60,798 bases of DNA, filler included, from Dirinaria sp. TL-2023a (GCA_051941275.1; 13 parts of 13 records of this genome joined end to end with filler, not necessarily neighbours in it); one strand, 5' to 3'; counted from the first letter of the whole stretch, positions 36,499-50,056 are shown. Numbers and translations are program-made. The notes: generated by a model not told the origin, from the sequence alone.

Positions 36499-38555
36499 TG
36501 CAATATTTATCGATACTAAGTATGGCTGGTTTGGGCAATCGATGAGTTTCTCGACGCCTTGGAGGATTATATATCAAAGGGCTGGAAATGCGTAAATACA
36601 GCTCCACTAGATTCTGGATCGCGAGTCTAGAATCCCGACGCGTTATGGCAATATCTAAAATTTCCATCTTCGTGCGAAGAAATGGGCGTCAATATTAATA
36701 ACAGTTGCGTTCGCGTGGGCATGGACCGCGTGGCGATCGCTTAACCTCGAATTGCGAAGCGCCGTCAATGGCGAAAAGACGAGATGGCACTGACTTGTCA
36801 CCTAGTGGGCCCAATGCAGTCGCTTACGAGAAGCACCTATTGGTTCTTAGGAGGTACAAGGTTAGACTTTTTTCTTACAGAGTGAAAAGTGCTTTGCACA
36901 AACATTCCTGTTATCAAATGTACATACGTTTCGAACCCTGTCCGCATCTCCAAACTCCAGATCAACGCTACAGAGATCTCGAAACTACCTTCACCATCAA
37001 CAATCTCCCTCTTTCCCTAAACAATCATCGACTAGCATTGTTCAATGAAAGATGTGCAATCTAAAATGCCGAATCCACTGTAGCCCCACTAGGGGTAACT
37101 ACAAAAATCCCGCGAGAAGAAACATCTCGTTTCTCCCTCCGAATAATAGCAAAAGCCCCACACCTTACTTTCACAAAAAAAAAAAAAAAAAAAAAAAAAA
37201 CAAAAAAATGTAATTCATACATCGCGGATATCCAAGTCCTCAAAAAGCACGGACAACAAAAAATTTCCATGCGGATAGCAAAAGTCACTTGAAAATTTGA
37301 ATTTTGCTCCGACCGGAAATATTCCAACCGTTGCGGTTGCGATTGCATATGCTTATGTACCTTCGCTAATGTACCCCGCGTAGTAAGGTAGCAATAATAT
37401 AATACCTTAGGTGCCTATATTATTGTTATCCCACTAGAAGCATTATTGATCGTGTCGACGGGTCGCATGGGAGAGGGAAGGGGGGCGCATGTAAGTAGGT
37501 ATGCGCTCCCTCTTTACAGTGCTGTGTTATACTGNNNNNNNNNNNNNNNNNNNNNNNNNNNNNNNNNNNNNNNNNNNNTTAATTAATTAANNNNNNNNNN
37601 NNNNNNNNNNNNNNNNNNNNNNNNNNNNNNNNNNGGGGTTTGAGTTGTGGTTTGCAATTGTGATAGTCTGGCAAATTGCACTTCTTTGCGCACTTGTATA
37701 AATGTGCTAGATGAATAATGTGGCGAACTGAACTGCTTCTGCTCTTGCTCGTCGAAAATCAGAATTCCCATTCCACTCGTGGGAGAGATTCGCAACCGAT
37801 TTTCCTCCACTTTTTGCATCGCAGATTGTGGTCCCCCGGCTTGATTGTCATATATGAGATATGTTGGGTAGTACTTTTTATGCCTTAGGTAAGGCAAGGT
37901 AAATTATGGGAATTCACTGTCGTTGAGAGCTTGAGGTATTCACGCTCTGGATACATAATAAACATGGTCGCAATTGATTTTCTGATTCTAGGACTTCATA
38001 TGAGGGAATCTTACAAAATTGCGTCAGCGTTGCAGCTTTGAAATTGCATGAACGAGGTCTTCATAATAGATGTCGTGAATGATAATAATGAGAGCAGGAG
38101 GATTCAACCGCGTCAAACTGTTGCAACAGTTCACGCACCCAACAGATCGATAAGGTATTACGAAACGGGTTAGCCAGCTCGCTTAGCTCACAATGACGAC
38201 GGGACTCGCGAACTTCCCTTTTGGATGTTTTCTCAATCAACACTCCAGCCCCAACATTCAAGCTTTAGATCCCGCAGTGTCTGATATTTAAGGAAGATCT
38301 TGCACGAAGTGTCAATCTGCCTGCAGTACACGCTTCAATCGCCAGCTTGAACGGTCGTGAGCGTCCGCTGTTTAAATTACCCCTACTTCAATACATGGCT
38401 CAGGTAACAACAAAATTGTACTGGTTTATTTACAACCGATAATAGCCATCTAAGCAAAAGGTGAGAGGCAGGACTCTGTTTTGCCTACCTAATAACCTGC
38501 TACCTCGCGCCCACCTCCAGCTTTGAGCTGATCAACACCTTCCCAAAACGTTAAG

Positions 38556-41441
38556 ATGTCCTACCAATGGGGAGACTCGTATCGGCCTGGCGGCGACCGG
38601 AACACGAATGGTTACTCTAATCAACGTGATTCGTATCGCCCCAGTGAATACCGTGGCCCGTCGTCATCAATCTACGACCGCCCTCCGCCTCCGCCCTCAT
38701 CTGATTTACCTCCTTTGCCCCGCGGCCCTCCACCTCAGCGTGTCTTTGGCGCGCCTGCTGGCGATTCATGGAGGCCTAGCGATCCCACACAGGGATATGC
38801 GCAGGCGAATGAGTTCTCTTATCGCAACAATGGGGATGCCCCGAAATTTCCTGCCGATGGAGATTCATATCGTCCTGGTGGTGGTTACGGAGACGGTAAC
38901 CGTAGGCCTGTACGCAATGGAAGAGGGGGTCGCGGCTTCCACAAACAGGCTCGAGGTGGCTTCCGTGTCGCTACAGCCGAACGGCCTTTGCTCAGGGTTC
39001 AAGGTACGGAAACCGTAGAGCAAATGCTAGGTATCGACCAGGGCGGTGCTCGCTTTCTGAATGCCAACGACCTCTCGGATACGGAAGAGGAGATGGTTGA
39101 ATCTGACCCGGAAAGCGAATATGAGCCGGCCAACCAGTTGAATGGTGGTCCCGGTTCGGCCAAAGAGTCGCGGGACAATAAAATGGACGATCCTAAAGAG
39201 CCGCCTTCAAAGCGGCGCGCTCTTCAAGCCGACTCTAAGGAAGGGTCTAGCGTGCCTAAATGGTCAAACCCAGATCCTTACACTGTCTTGCCGCCAGTTG
39301 ATGATGCCCAGCGGAAGAGGAAGGATGTTGTGAAGCTGATTCGCAAAGCCCGTGTAGCACCAGAGAAGGAGAATACAGAAAATGAGGTTTCAGCCAACAA
39401 TGACTTCATCTCTTTTGGATTAGAAGACGATGATGCGAGTGAACCTAAAGATGCTTCACCACCGCCTGGGGCACCTACTGGCCCTCGTCATCCTAATCAA
39501 CGTTCTTACAACCCTACTGCGAATGGTCCACCGGGCACTTCGTCTGCACAGATCACAAGCGACACCATGGGTCCACCACCAGGTTTGCCATCGAGTTTGC
39601 CGCCAAAGCCCGAGAGCACTTCAAACGGAGGCGGCAAAGCGGCTGGAAATGACTCACTGGGCAGCCGCAAGAGAACGTACGACGACGAGATCAAAGCGAA
39701 TCCGCCTGCTCCACGCTTTCCTTTTAAGAAGGGTAAAGGAGATAAATCCAATGGCTCTGTAAGCCGCGAATGGATTCCAAGTGCGAATCAAAATCCTACA
39801 CCATGGCTTATACACTCAGCCGCGCGAACAGAGAACCCCGGTTTCCGGTAGGTCCTTTTAACAAGTACTTTAGTGAAGTCTTCTGACCAGTGTGATAGTC
39901 TTCATAAGGAGATTTGTGACTTTTACGACTTTGTCAAGCCCCAAAGATTTGAGCAGCTTGTGCGGGAAGACTTGTTGCAGCGTGTGGACGAGGTTGTCAG
40001 ATCTGAACTACCCAGTTGCAGAGTCCATTGCTTCGGCTCTTTCGCTGCCGGGCTCTACCTTCCTAATTCTGACATGGATCTTGTTATCATTTCGAACGAA
40101 TTCCGTGACCATGGGCGAAAGGTTACTTGTCAAACCAACAGCAGCATGCACCGTTTTGCCAATTTCCTTCGCAGCACGATTGCGGAACAGGGATCCATTG
40201 AAACCATTACTGGTGCTAAGGTTCCTATTATCAAATTTGTCGACAGGATTACGGCGATCAGAGTCGATATCTCATTCGAGAACAATACCGGTATTATTGC
40301 TAATGATACCTTTTCCCTATGGAAGGGGCAATTCCCGGCGATGCCGATCTTAGTCACTATTATCAAGCAGTTCTTGATGATGAGAGGGCTTAACGAAGTT
40401 TCAACAGGAGGCCTCGGCGGGTTCTCAGTGACTTGCCTGGTCACGAGTTTGCTCCAAAACATGCCTCGAGTGCAGATTGGAGAATTGATCCCAGAACATC
40501 ATCTAGGGGAGATGCTAATCGAGTTTCTGGATTTCTATGGAAATCAATTAGACATCTCTCGTACAGGCATTTCCATGAATCCACCGGGGTACTTTGATAA
40601 GGTAAGTGTGGAGTACCATGCCTCTTCGACGACACTGACAAGAGCGAAGACCCATTTCGATCGGCAGCGAAATAAAAACGTCTATCGGGCCGACAGGAGT
40701 AATCGCCTGGCTATCATCGATCCCAATCGAGCTGACAACGATATCTCCGGTGGCTCAAAGAATGTGGCGCTCATTTTCGAGCGCTTATCCGCGGCTCATA
40801 GGGAGATTAAGGAAGCTTTCAAGAACCCGAAGTGCTCCAGTCTATTGGACTGGATGTTGGGTGGCGATTATGATAATTTTATCTGGCACCGTAATCGCCT
40901 TCGCTTTGTTTACGAGAATTCCCGCCGCATCATGGATGGAAAGGGCGGAGATACTACGTATGTATTGCCTTGCGGCTTCTGATCACTTATCTAAGATGTC
41001 CGAGTCAGGGTCAATCCAGGTGGTAATCCAGGTGATGACGTGCATGTCCTCGCTCAACCTTCTTTTGCTCATGTTCCTGCTGCACCTTCGCTCGGGAATT
41101 CAAATTTATATGGTATTCAAGTACCCAAAAGCCAGAAGCCAAAGACACAGGATGCTTCTTCTGCTGTACCGAACGAGCACGGGAATAAAACAGCGTTTAA
41201 GCAGAAACCGAGAGTAGAGAAAAAACAACGAGAGCTTGCGAAGAAATTAAAAAGAGACTATCCAAGTATTGCGAAAAAGATTCCAACCACCATCATCCCT
41301 AGGCAGAAAAAGCAACTTTTAGATCGAAATTTCAAGCACATGGATGCAAAGGACCAGAAGAAACATAACAAAAGAAAAGATAAAAAAAACCCGCGAAATG
41401 TCGCGGCTAAGGGCGCAGATGTACAAGGAAACCCGACTTAA
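38556..41441 (+). CDS. TRF4: Non-canonical poly(A) polymerase Trf4/Trf5/Cid14 (TRAMP complex)
   Basis: FGSFAAGLYLPNSDMDLV (GS/DxD), AKVPIIKFVD, VDISFEN, KQFLMMRGLNEVSTGGLGGFS and LAIIDPN..NDISGGS. Introns 39848-39898, from 40602 (in-frame), and 40958-41008. Confidence 0.92.
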
Positions 41442-42298
41442 TATGGTGCGGATGGCAATTTCGAAATTGGTGATGGATCCCGGCCGGCAATGCCGGCCAT
41501 CGAGTCCGCCAGGCCCTAAGAGGCTCATTCGCTGGCGTCTACCGATTCAAATGCACGAGATAATATTGTGCGATAGCGAGTTTGCTTTCCCTTCTGTTTC
41601 TCTCTTCTTGTGATTAAGCTTACTCGGGCTTGCAGGCATGGCGCTTCGGAGGTAGATACCCCATGCTTATGACCTGCGTTAGATGTAGCATTACTATGAT
41701 CTGCTGGGACCTCCACGACGATTCCTCGAATCTCGCGCGTCTTCGGATCGAATAGAATCACTGTACTTGTTTGACATAGGTCTCTCCAGTTGCTCGGGAA
41801 AGCTTGAATACATATGGGCGCTCTCATGAAATTTCACTGGCTGTTACATCTATACTACTGACCTTCACTTCTTCATAGGTGCTTCAAGCGGGCTTTCAGA
41901 GGGATAATATACCGAACGGTGGGGGGGGGGACTTATTCCCCCCAAAGCCTTCGGAAAAGGGAACATTATTGAGGGATAAACCAATACAACGATCTCTATT
42001 GATCGAAAACACAGCGATTTGCTTGCTCTTCACGAGCAAACCGCATTTTGTCATTCTTGCCAATCAATAATGCCAGCTTGCTAGGAAAGGAAAGGATTCT
42101 TGTCCTCCTCCTCCTACGAAAGCGCATTAAAGGGGCTTTTTGACGAAAACTGTCACTTTCCCATCACTGCTTTCTGGTCTTTCTGGGCCGGGCTTTGGNN
42201 NNNNNNNNNNNNNNNNNNNNNNNNNNNNNNNNNNNNNNNNNNTTAATTAATTAANNNNNNNNNNNNNNNNNNNNNNNNNNNNNNNNNNNNNNNNNNNN

Positions 42299-42622
42299 CT
42301 GCCATTGCCGGTTGTAAAGGTCTTGCTTATCGACGCCAGCAACGTCAGGTATACGGGTCTTCTCAAAGACTGGATAGTTTTTATCAAGAAAATCCTTCCG
42401 GAGGTATTGCTCGATGGCACCTCCTCGGCCGAGCAAAACAAGATTCGCAAAAAGCTTCGGAGCTTCGGCCACGATCTTTTGCAGGTCTGCGACGCAAAGT
42501 TCAGGAGAATGGCTGTCCAAAATAGCTCTTACGGACTCCTTCGTGACCAAGCGGTGCAGTGTCGATAGTGGTATAAATTTGCATGATTTCAATTCTTGCT
42601 GAAGCTGATGCTTGAGGTCCAT
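42299..42622 (-). CDS. 5' fragment of a gene, N-terminal region of the type found ahead of fungal accessory protein-kinase-like domains
   Basis: KFIPLSTLHRLVTKESVRAIL..APKLFANLVLLG...D..YP...QW pattern. ORF runs open into the contig end, so the kinase domain itself is not visible. Confidence 0.55.
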
Positions 42623-44293
42623 CTTTCAGACTGAGGCAAGCGATGTAAGGTAAAGTTGTAACGTCGATGTGGATACATTCTTATTCAATCTACTTTATCC
42701 ATCACATTTAAGCTGGCTCAAGACGAGGCTGAAAGTCGCCACAAAACAAGGCTTCGCTGAGGCTTCGCTGAGGCTTTCAGTACTCTCTGTACAGTACATT
42801 AGTCATTGGGGCGTCAAAGTGGGGCATCGGGTGAGAATTGTCTCGGCTTGCAGATCCCTGGTTTGCTTTCTAAGGTATGTTTCGCAGCTACGCTACCTTA
42901 CCTTCGGAAGTTTGGTGCCTTGGAGTATGCCTTCGATATTGACCAGGATTGACAGACAGAAAGTGTAGCAGTCCGGATTTCTGATATCGATCCTACTGTG
43001 GCGCGTTAGCAGGGCTACTTTGCTCGGGCGATCTGCCAACAGTACTCCATACCTCCATATGCACGGAAATGTTTCAGTCGAGATGCATTGGCCGTGCAAC
43101 CCTATCATGCACAATGCTTTGCAGGGAAACAGCTACGGAGTAATAGCAAACACTTGACTTGGTTATGGTCACATTAGCGAAAATTTCGCATTCACCGCCA
43201 TTGATGCAATCATAGGGTGCTTAAGGACGGTGTTTGATGGTCGCAGATCACAAATATTAACTGCCTGCTGATCATGGTCTTGAACAAACAGTAGCCTAGA
43301 CTACTGTAGACAAGAAAAGATAGAGCGAATGCGCATCAGTGTTTTTGTAAGTAGTGCATTGCGATACAATATACGCCGATAATCCCACAATGAACCTGAA
43401 GCCCTGAAGGACAGGGTCTTTGGGTCCGGTGTCAACCCTTCTTCCGGATATCGTCACTGGAAACTAGATACTGTTTGCTGTTGGCACTGTCTTTGACCTA
43501 AAGCGGTGCGCATAAGCAGCTGAATGAACGATTTGGGAGATGAGAGCTTGCATTATATATGGGGCTGTTTGCAGAACTACCCCCCGGTCCCTTTATCACG
43601 CCTGATCTCCATGATTCTGTTCTGATTAGACCCGTCTTGACATGGAGGCCGTTTGCGCTTACCATTTCGGCAGTAGTACACCTGATCTCCTTCATTGTAA
43701 GACGTAAGCTCGATGGAACCCGAGGGAGGCTGTGGTCGGGACGGCATTGCCAGTATGATGGATGGAGAGAGCAGGCTGAGAAGGAGGCGAGGGAAGGGAG
43801 GCTTTCACTTGGTCAATATGGCGAGGGGGAACCATTTACTTTATGCGGCGGATGAGATCAGCCTAAGTGGCGGCCTAGCGGGCTTAACCGTAGGTCCCCT
43901 AACCGTAGGTCCCCTACTAGATGAACCGGATGCCATCTACCGGAGCAGGCAGTCTTGGCGAGTCGGCAGTACCCTTAGTGTGGGCAGTGTGGGCAGTGCG
44001 GGCACTTCCCGGCCCGAGGCCCATCATTATTGCGTGGCCACTGGCCAAACAGCAAACAGTCTCACACTCTCCAACCAATTGAAGGGTTCGAGTGTCCCTC
44101 GGTCAGACTTCTCGCCTCACTCTTTACCCAAAGGACGTCGAAATGCTTGCAGACAACACACCAAAATCTATTTTCTTATTTCCATCCCTTTGCTTTTCGT
44201 CTCGCACGTGTTTCATGCTATGCATTGGGTTCTAAGCTCTAGGTTCGATGGTCGACGCGGTACTCCATTCCTGAGAGTTAATCAAGAAGGCCT

Positions 44294-46542
44294 ATGGAAC
44301 CAGTCTCTTCAACGGCAAGTATCATCGCAATTACAGGTCTTGCATGTAAATCCTGTCAAACTCTGATCTCCTTTTTTCGTGGCATTTCCGAGGTGCGGGC
44401 GGATATCTTGCACTTCTGTTGTACACTGCAATCTCTGGACTCGACTCTACAAGATATCAAACTGTTATGTACCGACCCCCAAATCAACCAATACATCACC
44501 CCGAATCTCACCAATTGTCTCGAAAGTTGTTTATCTGAAGTACAAGATGTCGATACAAAATGCCAAAAGGCTCAGAAGCTCATTCAAAGGGGAACACTGC
44601 ATAGTGGCTGGGCCCGCCTGAGATGGTATTTATCTGCCGAGCACTGGCTGAAAAAGTTCCTCGCCCATATTCAGACATACCATATAGTCCTCTCCTTGGA
44701 ATGGAGTACGCTTCAGACGTAAGCTCTCCACAGCTTCTCATGGAACATGGAGTTTTCAAAGACTGACATGCGACAGAAAAATACTGGTATGGAGTCAGCC
44801 AGGTAACGTCCACGTCGAAGCAGTCGGTTATAGCCAAAAGAGCCAGTGCTGGACAAAACCGTTAGGGGACTCTGGCCTCCTTGACGGGGGTGGGAGCCCA
44901 CCGTACCAGGATACAACACGCTGCGGAAGTCTCTCAGCATCCAAGGCAACAAATAGATCCATTCCAACTGCTTTGGCGCGTCATGCAGCTTCGACAGAGA
45001 TAATTGTAAATGAAGAGCATGTGTCTGGAGACAGCCGGCTGGCCCAATTTTTACATTCTTACTCGGAGCCATTCGCTATCCGGAGTGAAAAAATGAGGAA
45101 CTACAACGCAAGTCTTGGATCATTGTGTTTTTGGATTGGTCCAACAGTATTCAAAAAATGGACAGAAAAAGGTCAGGAGCTCTTTGGCGTGAGGCCTGAA
45201 CGGAGTGCCTTTGGCCTCAGAATCACGGTCCGTTCGTCTGTTCTGTATCTACGGACATTGAGTCTGGAAGTATCCGTGCAGAAGGAGATCCATAGACTTG
45301 AAAAATGGTCAATACGGTGGTCTGTCAGCTTTCCGAATATCGTTTCAAAAGATTCTTGTGTTATCAGACTGGCTACCGTAGGTGACGTCAAGGGCGTTAT
45401 GGACCTGTTTGGAGCCGGAAAAGCAGGGTGTACAGATACCACACTGAACGGCACGAGCCTACTGCACGTTCGTTGGGCATCAGTGTGATTGTGCAAAATT
45501 TCTTACTGATGTGTTACAGATTGCAGCAAGAGAAAGCCATATGGAGCTCGTAAAATTTCTCCTCGAATGCGGTGCAGACCCCAACGCAATTGATGACGAT
45601 GGAGAGTAAGTGTTTTGACTTATTTTTGATACTATAAAAATAACGATTCCAAGGACTCCACTTCACTTTGCTGTTGCAAGATCGCATGATCACAACGTCT
45701 CCAGAAAGCTTATACAAAGTGGCGCAGATGTCTGTACTCGTAGTGCCGAGGGTAAAACACCTTTTCATACTTTTTTCAGAGAGAGCAACAGAGCGCTCTT
45801 GGCTTCCTCGTACGCCGCTGTTGAGGCCGAATTGGTGGACAACCGGGGCATGCACCTGCTGCACTATCTTGCTTGGTCCTGCAAATCTACAGTGGCAGAC
45901 ATTGGACCTCTCTTGGCATGCGATGCCTCATCCGTCTTTGCCAAAGATCACGAGGGGAGAACCGTACTTTTCTTTGCCGCCGAAAGGGGGAACTTTGCGA
46001 TTTTGGAATACCTTCTGAAATCCCCAAGTCAGCCAAAATTGTCCGACACGGACGTCAACGGGTTATCATTGATGCACTACGCAGTAAGAAGCAGACGCAC
46101 TGAGACAATCAAGATCTTACATCACCACGGTTGCAGTATCCGGGCATTGGATAACAAAAACCAGACTCCCCTACACCACGCTGCGAAGAGGAGTAACCTC
46201 GTAGCAGTACAGCAGCTTTTGCTTCTAGACGGCAGCGATTTGTTGGGAAGAGTGGACAAGTGTGGCCGGACTCCGCTCGACCTTGCCAGAAATGCCGGGA
46301 AGATCGATGTGATGGCACATTTTCAATCGATCTCACCTTCCGTTAGCCACTCAAAGGAGGATACAGACAGCTTGCCTTGCCACTCCCAATTGCACGATGC
46401 CCCGAAACAGCGCCAATTTTTCGTACATTGGATCAATCGACGCATTTCAAGTCTCAAATTTTGGCAGATCCTGACCCTCCTTGCAATACTCGTTCTTGGA
46501 ACTTGGATATCCGAATACAGCAACCTTAGGTACGCTTTCTAA
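44294..46542 (+). CDS. HeLo-like (fungal STAND N-terminal type) domain + ankyrin repeats + C-terminal TM (about 696 aa); exons 44294-44718, 44777-45467, 45520-45605, 45654-46542
   Basis: MEPVSSTASIIAITGLA..L..LQSL..L..CLESC..WARLRW N-terminus. Ankyrins GTSLLHIAA, GETPLHFAV, GKTPFH, GMHLLHYLA, GRTVLFFAA, GLSLMHYAV, NQTPLHHAA and GRTPLDLA. Hydrophobic tail FWQILTLLAILVLGTWI. Exon lengths sum to 2091 nt, in frame. Confidence 0.82.
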
Positions 46543-48291
46543 AGTTCCCTAATAACGATTATAACGACTTGCCTTTCTATACTAGATTTACTAGGTACCC
46601 AAAAGATGACCTCGGCGTAGACAATATATGTATAAAAGTCTTCGACTTAAGTAAAAGGAAAATTAACGACTTTTTTTTGTTCAATACAGCGATACTTTAT
46701 GCAAACTAGACATCTTCAGCACTGAGCCATCACAAAAAAAAAGGTTCTCAACCTCTTCGCCTTTTCAATTCCCTTCCTCCTCGTCCCCCTCCCATCAATT
46801 CACTTATCCTTATCCAAAACCCAAAACCCAATTTCTTCCAAACCCCCACACCCCATAGANNNNNNNNNNNNNNNNNNNNNNNNNNNNNNNNNNNNNNNNN
46901 NNNTTAATTAATTAANNNNNNNNNNNNNNNNNNNNNNNNNNNNNNNNNNNNNNNNNNNNCAAAATAAGTCACATTCCCCTTTCCCCCCCTCCTCCTCCTC
47001 CTTCCTCTTCCTTCTTCTTTCTTACCTCTCTCCTTTCCGAAGAGAAATCGAATAACAAGAATGATTTACTTGAATTGAAATTGAAATTGAACCGCCCCAA
47101 CCCGGATAAGGGGAGAAGAAAAAAAAAGTGTTTCCCTTACTCTTCTTAGCTGTAGGCTGTAACATTGAAACATATCCCAAGACAGACGATTTTCAATTAC
47201 ATGTACTTGAATCTTAGCTTCATCTTCCAGGGTATTGAGATTATTTCATTTAGTAGGATGATTCTCTTTTTAGCCATATTTCACGAATCAAGATCACAAA
47301 GCACAAGGAAATGATGAACTGTGGTGCATGGATTGACAGAGCGATGGGAAGGAAAACTTGCTTTTTTTTTCTGTTTCTGATCTGTCTGTGTAAGTGTGTG
47401 TTCTAGCCTAGCTAATCTGCCTACTGAGTAAAAGCTTCATTGCTACAGCCATGGCCCACGCACATCCGCCCAAAAGCGGCCATTTCTTCTAAAAAAATCA
47501 TGCATACCGAAAAGCTGTGGAGGGGTGTTGGGGCTAAAGGAAAACAACAGCAGGCATTCGCAGTGTGTGTACCTCCCCAGGCGCGACCCTAGCCATTTGA
47601 TCCGTACCACAGGTAAACCATTCCTTATTTGACCAATGTATTCAGCCGAGCCTGGTGCGTGATATGGGTTGTCGAGGAAGTCCATGATCCATAAAAATGT
47701 TGTCGCACCGTAGAGGCAATGATCTTGATCTCGTCCCCGACCACTGCGTTTCCCATCGTCTGGCCTTGCTATGCCTGCTGTAAAAGAGAATTCGTGTGGG
47801 AGCAAATAGAATCGTGCATGCTGGAAAAATTGTAAAAAATGAGGGTTATTAATGCTGGGTGGGGGCAAAGGCCGTAAAAGGTGTCGCTGCAGACAACGAT
47901 CTCGTCGAGTATCCGATGTGGTCGAGGTTGAATGCAAAGGTTCTGACTGCATGCTCGATTTGGTTGAACTGGAGTGCGAGCCCGTGCTAGCCAGCGGCGT
48001 GCCATTCATGTGCTGAAAGATGCTGCCTTTCACTCCGACCAGTGCTCGGTCAGGCCTAAAAGCCAGAGCACATCGGTAGTGGAGACATATCTAAAGCACA
48101 CGAGCCAATCTATGGGGAGGTGGGGAAGCCGATGCAAACATAACATGGGAAAGTCGATAAAAAGATAATCGTTGGTGCAAGATCGACACCATCAGTGTTT
48201 GATGTAAGGGTCCGCAGTAGGCGAAGGATGTTCGAGGCAGCTTTGAATCAACGGCAGAGCCATCCCTTCCAAGCTACAAGCAAAAGCCCGT

Positions 48292-50056
48292 TCAGTACCA
48301 ATGGTCCCCGGTCCCGCGTTCATGCCGAGTCTTGATCCGATAGGCAGGAGTAGAGGCATCAGGAACAACCTTCGAGGCGGATCGAAGCCTAGCGCCGGAG
48401 ACTGTAATTAGTCAGAATTCGTTTCTCACAATCCTCCAACGCCCAGCGTGATCTCATGCAAGCAAGCACACCATACGCGAAGGAGGAGAGTTCCTTACAA
48501 GGAACCATGGTTGTTGGCAATAGAACTCACATCCGATCACTTCCTCCCACTGCACGGTTCGTATCCGGAGTGTCGACACCGGCACCGCTCGCGCCACGGT
48601 CAATGACCTTACGACGCTGAGTAGAGATGCCACCTGCTTGAGTAGCTAAGGATGTGTTCTGAGTATTGGGGAGGCCGGCAGTAGCGGCATTCGTACCTGC
48701 AGCGTGACGACGAGCTGGCTTTTCCTCCTCTTCTTGGTTAGATTTCTGACCGTTACCAGCTGCTGCAAGCGCTTGAGCATTCTTCTGATACTTGTAGACC
48801 GTCCAATCGAAGACATAGTCGTATTGGAAAGACTCCCGGACAAAGAGATCACGGAAGATCTTGCGCAGGTAAGAGTAGTCAGGCTTGTCATCGAAGCGAA
48901 GGGAACGAGTGTAGTTGAGGTATATGGCGAATTCGTTGGGAAAGCCGCGGCAGAGAACCTCGGTAGGAGTGGTCATCTTCTTCTCCATGATGCGGTCGTA
49001 CTTTTGCTTCTTAGTGGCAGCTTTCAGGCCCTGCCAGGGAAGGGAGCCACGGCAGAAGTAGAGCATCACATAGCCGAGAGACTCCATGTCGTCACGACGA
49101 GATTGTTCTGCAAATATTGTTAGCTGCCGTATCGGTACCATTTTAATAGGGGCAAGCCTACCAACACCCAAGTGCGTATTGATGCTAGCATAACGAGCAG
49201 TGCCCGTCAAGTTCTTATTCTCACGGTATGGAATGTGGAAGTGCGTCTTTGGGTCACGGTACTTCTTGGCCAAGCCGAAGTCAATGACATTGACTTGGTT
49301 ACCACGCTTGCCGATACCCATCAAGAAGTTGTCCGGCTTGATGTCACGGTGGATGAAGGATTTGGCATGGATATACTCAATACGCGAGATGAGCTGATCC
49401 GCCAAGAGGAGCACAGTCTTCAAGGAGAATTTCCGATTGCAGAAGTTGAAGAGGTCCTCCAAGCTGGGACCAAGAAGGTCGAGGACCATGGCATTATAGT
49501 CACATTCGGTGCCGAACCAACGAACAAAAGGAATCCCAACACCGCCGGCAAGAGACTTGTAGACACGAGCTTCATACTCGAGCTGAGGGTGCTTGGCCTT
49601 GACGCTCTCGAGCTTGATGGCGATTTCTTCCCCGGATATGATATTGGTCCCTGATATCTGTTAGAGTGCTGATACTTAAGCTAGACTGAAACTTGCTGAC
49701 CTAGGTAGATATCTCCGAAGCTTCCGCTGCCGATCTTACGGCCAATACGGTACTTGTTGCCCACACGAAGATCCTATGCAGACAGGAGAAGTTAGCATGT
49801 AATTGTAGTAGGACAGCAATAGTCCACCAATGTGTGGAAGATATAGGCTTAAATTTCGGAGGCTTGCACAATCTACAAGTGCAGAGACAGGCTGTGTGCA
49901 TGTTCAACTACTTCATGTCGAAGCATAGTAGCATAAAAGAGCTAGGATCACTTTGTTGCCCGAAGTAGCATTGCTCCAGTGATGCCTTGATGTATCAAAC
50001 CCAGCCTAGCATGCTTCAAGTGTCCACAAAGGAAATGTACGCACCATGGTAGTCAT
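48292..50056 (-). CDS. hhp1: Casein kinase I delta/epsilon-type; exons 50056-50045, 49773-49701, 49650-49162, 49107-48531, 48388-48292
   Basis: [73 protein letters not shown] and LPWQGLKA. All introns are GT..AG. Last exon is one of two possible acceptors. Confidence 0.97.

Noticed and set aside
43713..44366. 217-aa ORF upstream of the HeLo-like gene
   Set aside because: Built partly from short tandem duplications, overlaps the next gene's start out of frame, and has no motif.
47443..48033. 196-aa minus ORF downstream of CK1
   Set aside because: No motif; more likely a long 3' UTR.
49108..49161. 18-aa insertion in the CK1 kinase domain shown in the ORF track
   Set aside because: It is an in-frame 54-nt GT..CTAAC..CAG intron.
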